Source of the DNA: an uncultured Verrucomicrobiae bacterium
Lineage (GTDB): Bacteria; Verrucomicrobiota; Verrucomicrobiia; Limisphaerales; Palsa-1400
NCBI GenBank assembly: GCA_963707025.1
Contig: CAVPOM010000005.1
Span: 608,217 to 672,216 of the forward strand
DNA: 64,000 nt
Direction of reading: 5' to 3'
The position numbers and the translations under genes are program-made. The notes under the pieces are model-generated. The model worked only from the letters and a program-made list of their open reading frames with translations, was not told the DNA's origin and made no database searches. Positions 62,966 to 64,000 of this stretch are shown piece after piece; within the stretch, counting starts at the first letter, position 1; each line of letters starts with the position of its first letter.

Positions 62966-63333
62966 GCCGCACCTCCCAGCGCCTTGCGCAAAATGTCCCC
63001 CACGCTGACCGGGCCCGACCGGTCTCCGCTGACGGGTTCCAAGCTCAGGACCTGGTAAAGAGGTTTTTCATAGGCAATCAGCCCGGCTTGGACCAATTGC
63101 TGGCGGCTGGCCGAAAGACCCACCTGATCTATTTTCAAGCGCCGCATCAGCGAGGCGTCGGAGTAGTAGCTCAGTCCCTCGACGTTGGCCACGCTGGTCA
63201 GGAACAGGTAGAGCGCCCAAGCCGCGTGATCACACCGGAGGAAGTAGTTTTCCCGCACCAGCCGGTGATTGATCCAGCTGAACTGGGGCGGGACTTTCCG
63301 GAGCCGCTCCGGATTGAGGACACGTTTTTTCAT
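62962..63333 (-). CDS. IS21-associated hypothetical protein (winged-helix-like)
   Basis: RLRKVPPQFSWI..RLV, ALYLFL..V...GLSYYSD, YQVLSL; ATGA-coupled to istA. Confidence 0.7.
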   Translation of the reverse strand: MKKRVLNPERLRKVPPQFSWINHRLVRENYFLRCDHAAWALYLFLTSVANVEGLSYYSDASLMRRLKIDQVGLSASRQQLVQAGLIAYEKPLYQVLSLEPVSGDRSGPVSVGDILRKALGGAA

Positions 63334-63822
63334 GCAATAATCTTTCAAGGTTCATGCCGGGCACCATGCCCAGAATGTCGTGTCCCTTGCTTACCAAGCG
63401 CCGGGCACTGGTGGCGATGTCGTCTTGCAAGGTACTGCCGACGAACATGGAGAGAAGCCCCACAAACAGAGGCACTTGCATCGAACAGAGGTCTGTAAGG
63501 GACAGTCGGTAGAATTTTCGCAACTTCTTGTGGCGCAGGAACTTGCTGCGAACAGCCGTCTTGTAAGGTACGGCACCGGTAGCGAGCGGTGTTTTTCCAA
63601 GCCCGGTGCTCTTTCTGCCAGTCGCGGGCTCGCTGGGCGTTCTCCCATCCCGGAAGTAATTTTCGTTCTCCGGCTTGGCCAGCCATGCCCGCATGAGCTC
63701 GCTTTTCGGGCCTTGCGGCAGTCGGGTTTGAGGCAATAGCACTGGCGTTGTCCACCCCGGTAATCGGGAAGAAAAAGTTCGTTGCAGTGCAAGCACTTGC
63801 GTCGGGGTTGCGGCGGCTTCAT
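63230..63822 (-). pseudogene. IS21-associated Cys-rich hypothetical gene with several frameshifts
   Basis: RKCLHC..F.PDYR..YC.KPDC, WLAKPEN..YF, ENAQRARDW and LQDDIA segments lie in different frames. Confidence 0.6.
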
Positions 63823-64000
63823 TGGTTCCAAAATCAAAAGGAACCAGTATCGGAAAACCGACCGAAAACGGACGAAAATCCAGCCGCAAGAAAAATCAAA
63901 GGGGGAGAAGAAGGAAAAGAGTTTGCAGCCAATCCTCCGAAGAAAAGCCACAGGAAGAAGATCCCATTCTAAACCGCCCGTTTTGCATCCATTCGACTTC

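Larger units (their letters stand above)
60341..64000 (-). mobile_element. IS21-family element with two accessory ORFs and a passenger gene; far end just beyond the window
   Basis: Begins TGTGGGCGG at 60341; GGATGCAAAACGGGCGGTT at 60361-60379 is inverted at 63972-63990; contains istA-istB. Confidence 0.85.

Overview
GC-rich bacterial DNA whose gene content (DUF1559-like prepilin, LamG/Ig surface protein, TIGR02999-type ECF sigma factor with Ser/Thr kinase, TN-rich secreted proteins) suggests Verrucomicrobiota or another PVC organism (inference). The window has two halves. (1) 1-33.5 kb is a co-oriented xylan/arabinan utilisation locus: three GH43, GH27, a frameshifted GH51, GH10, two CE1-like esterases and a CE6-like esterase. 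It contains two paralogous PA14-type sensor kinase/LuxR regulator pairs, a 4xLamG/Ig surface protein, a TPR protein and a prepilin, and no recognisable sugar transporter. (2) 33.9-64 kb is a decayed mobile mosaic. It holds two IS21 elements that each carry a passenger gene, an arsenic operon (arsR-arsC-redox protein-arsM/arsD/CMD fusion-arsA-FmdB-like-acr3), ICE/prophage-like remnants, a GH120 gene between direct repeats, an STK-LRR-ECF module, and an intact IS3 element inserted in an IS66 remnant. The strongest leads are recurrent RGG/FGG low-complexity inserts in the secreted CAZymes, circularly permuted PA14 sensor domains with a candidate 7-2-7 operator, the ArsM-ArsD-CMD triple fusion, a shared C-terminal domain on exported proteins, and a putative ECF promoter. 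All family calls come from recognising motifs by eye; no database searches were run.
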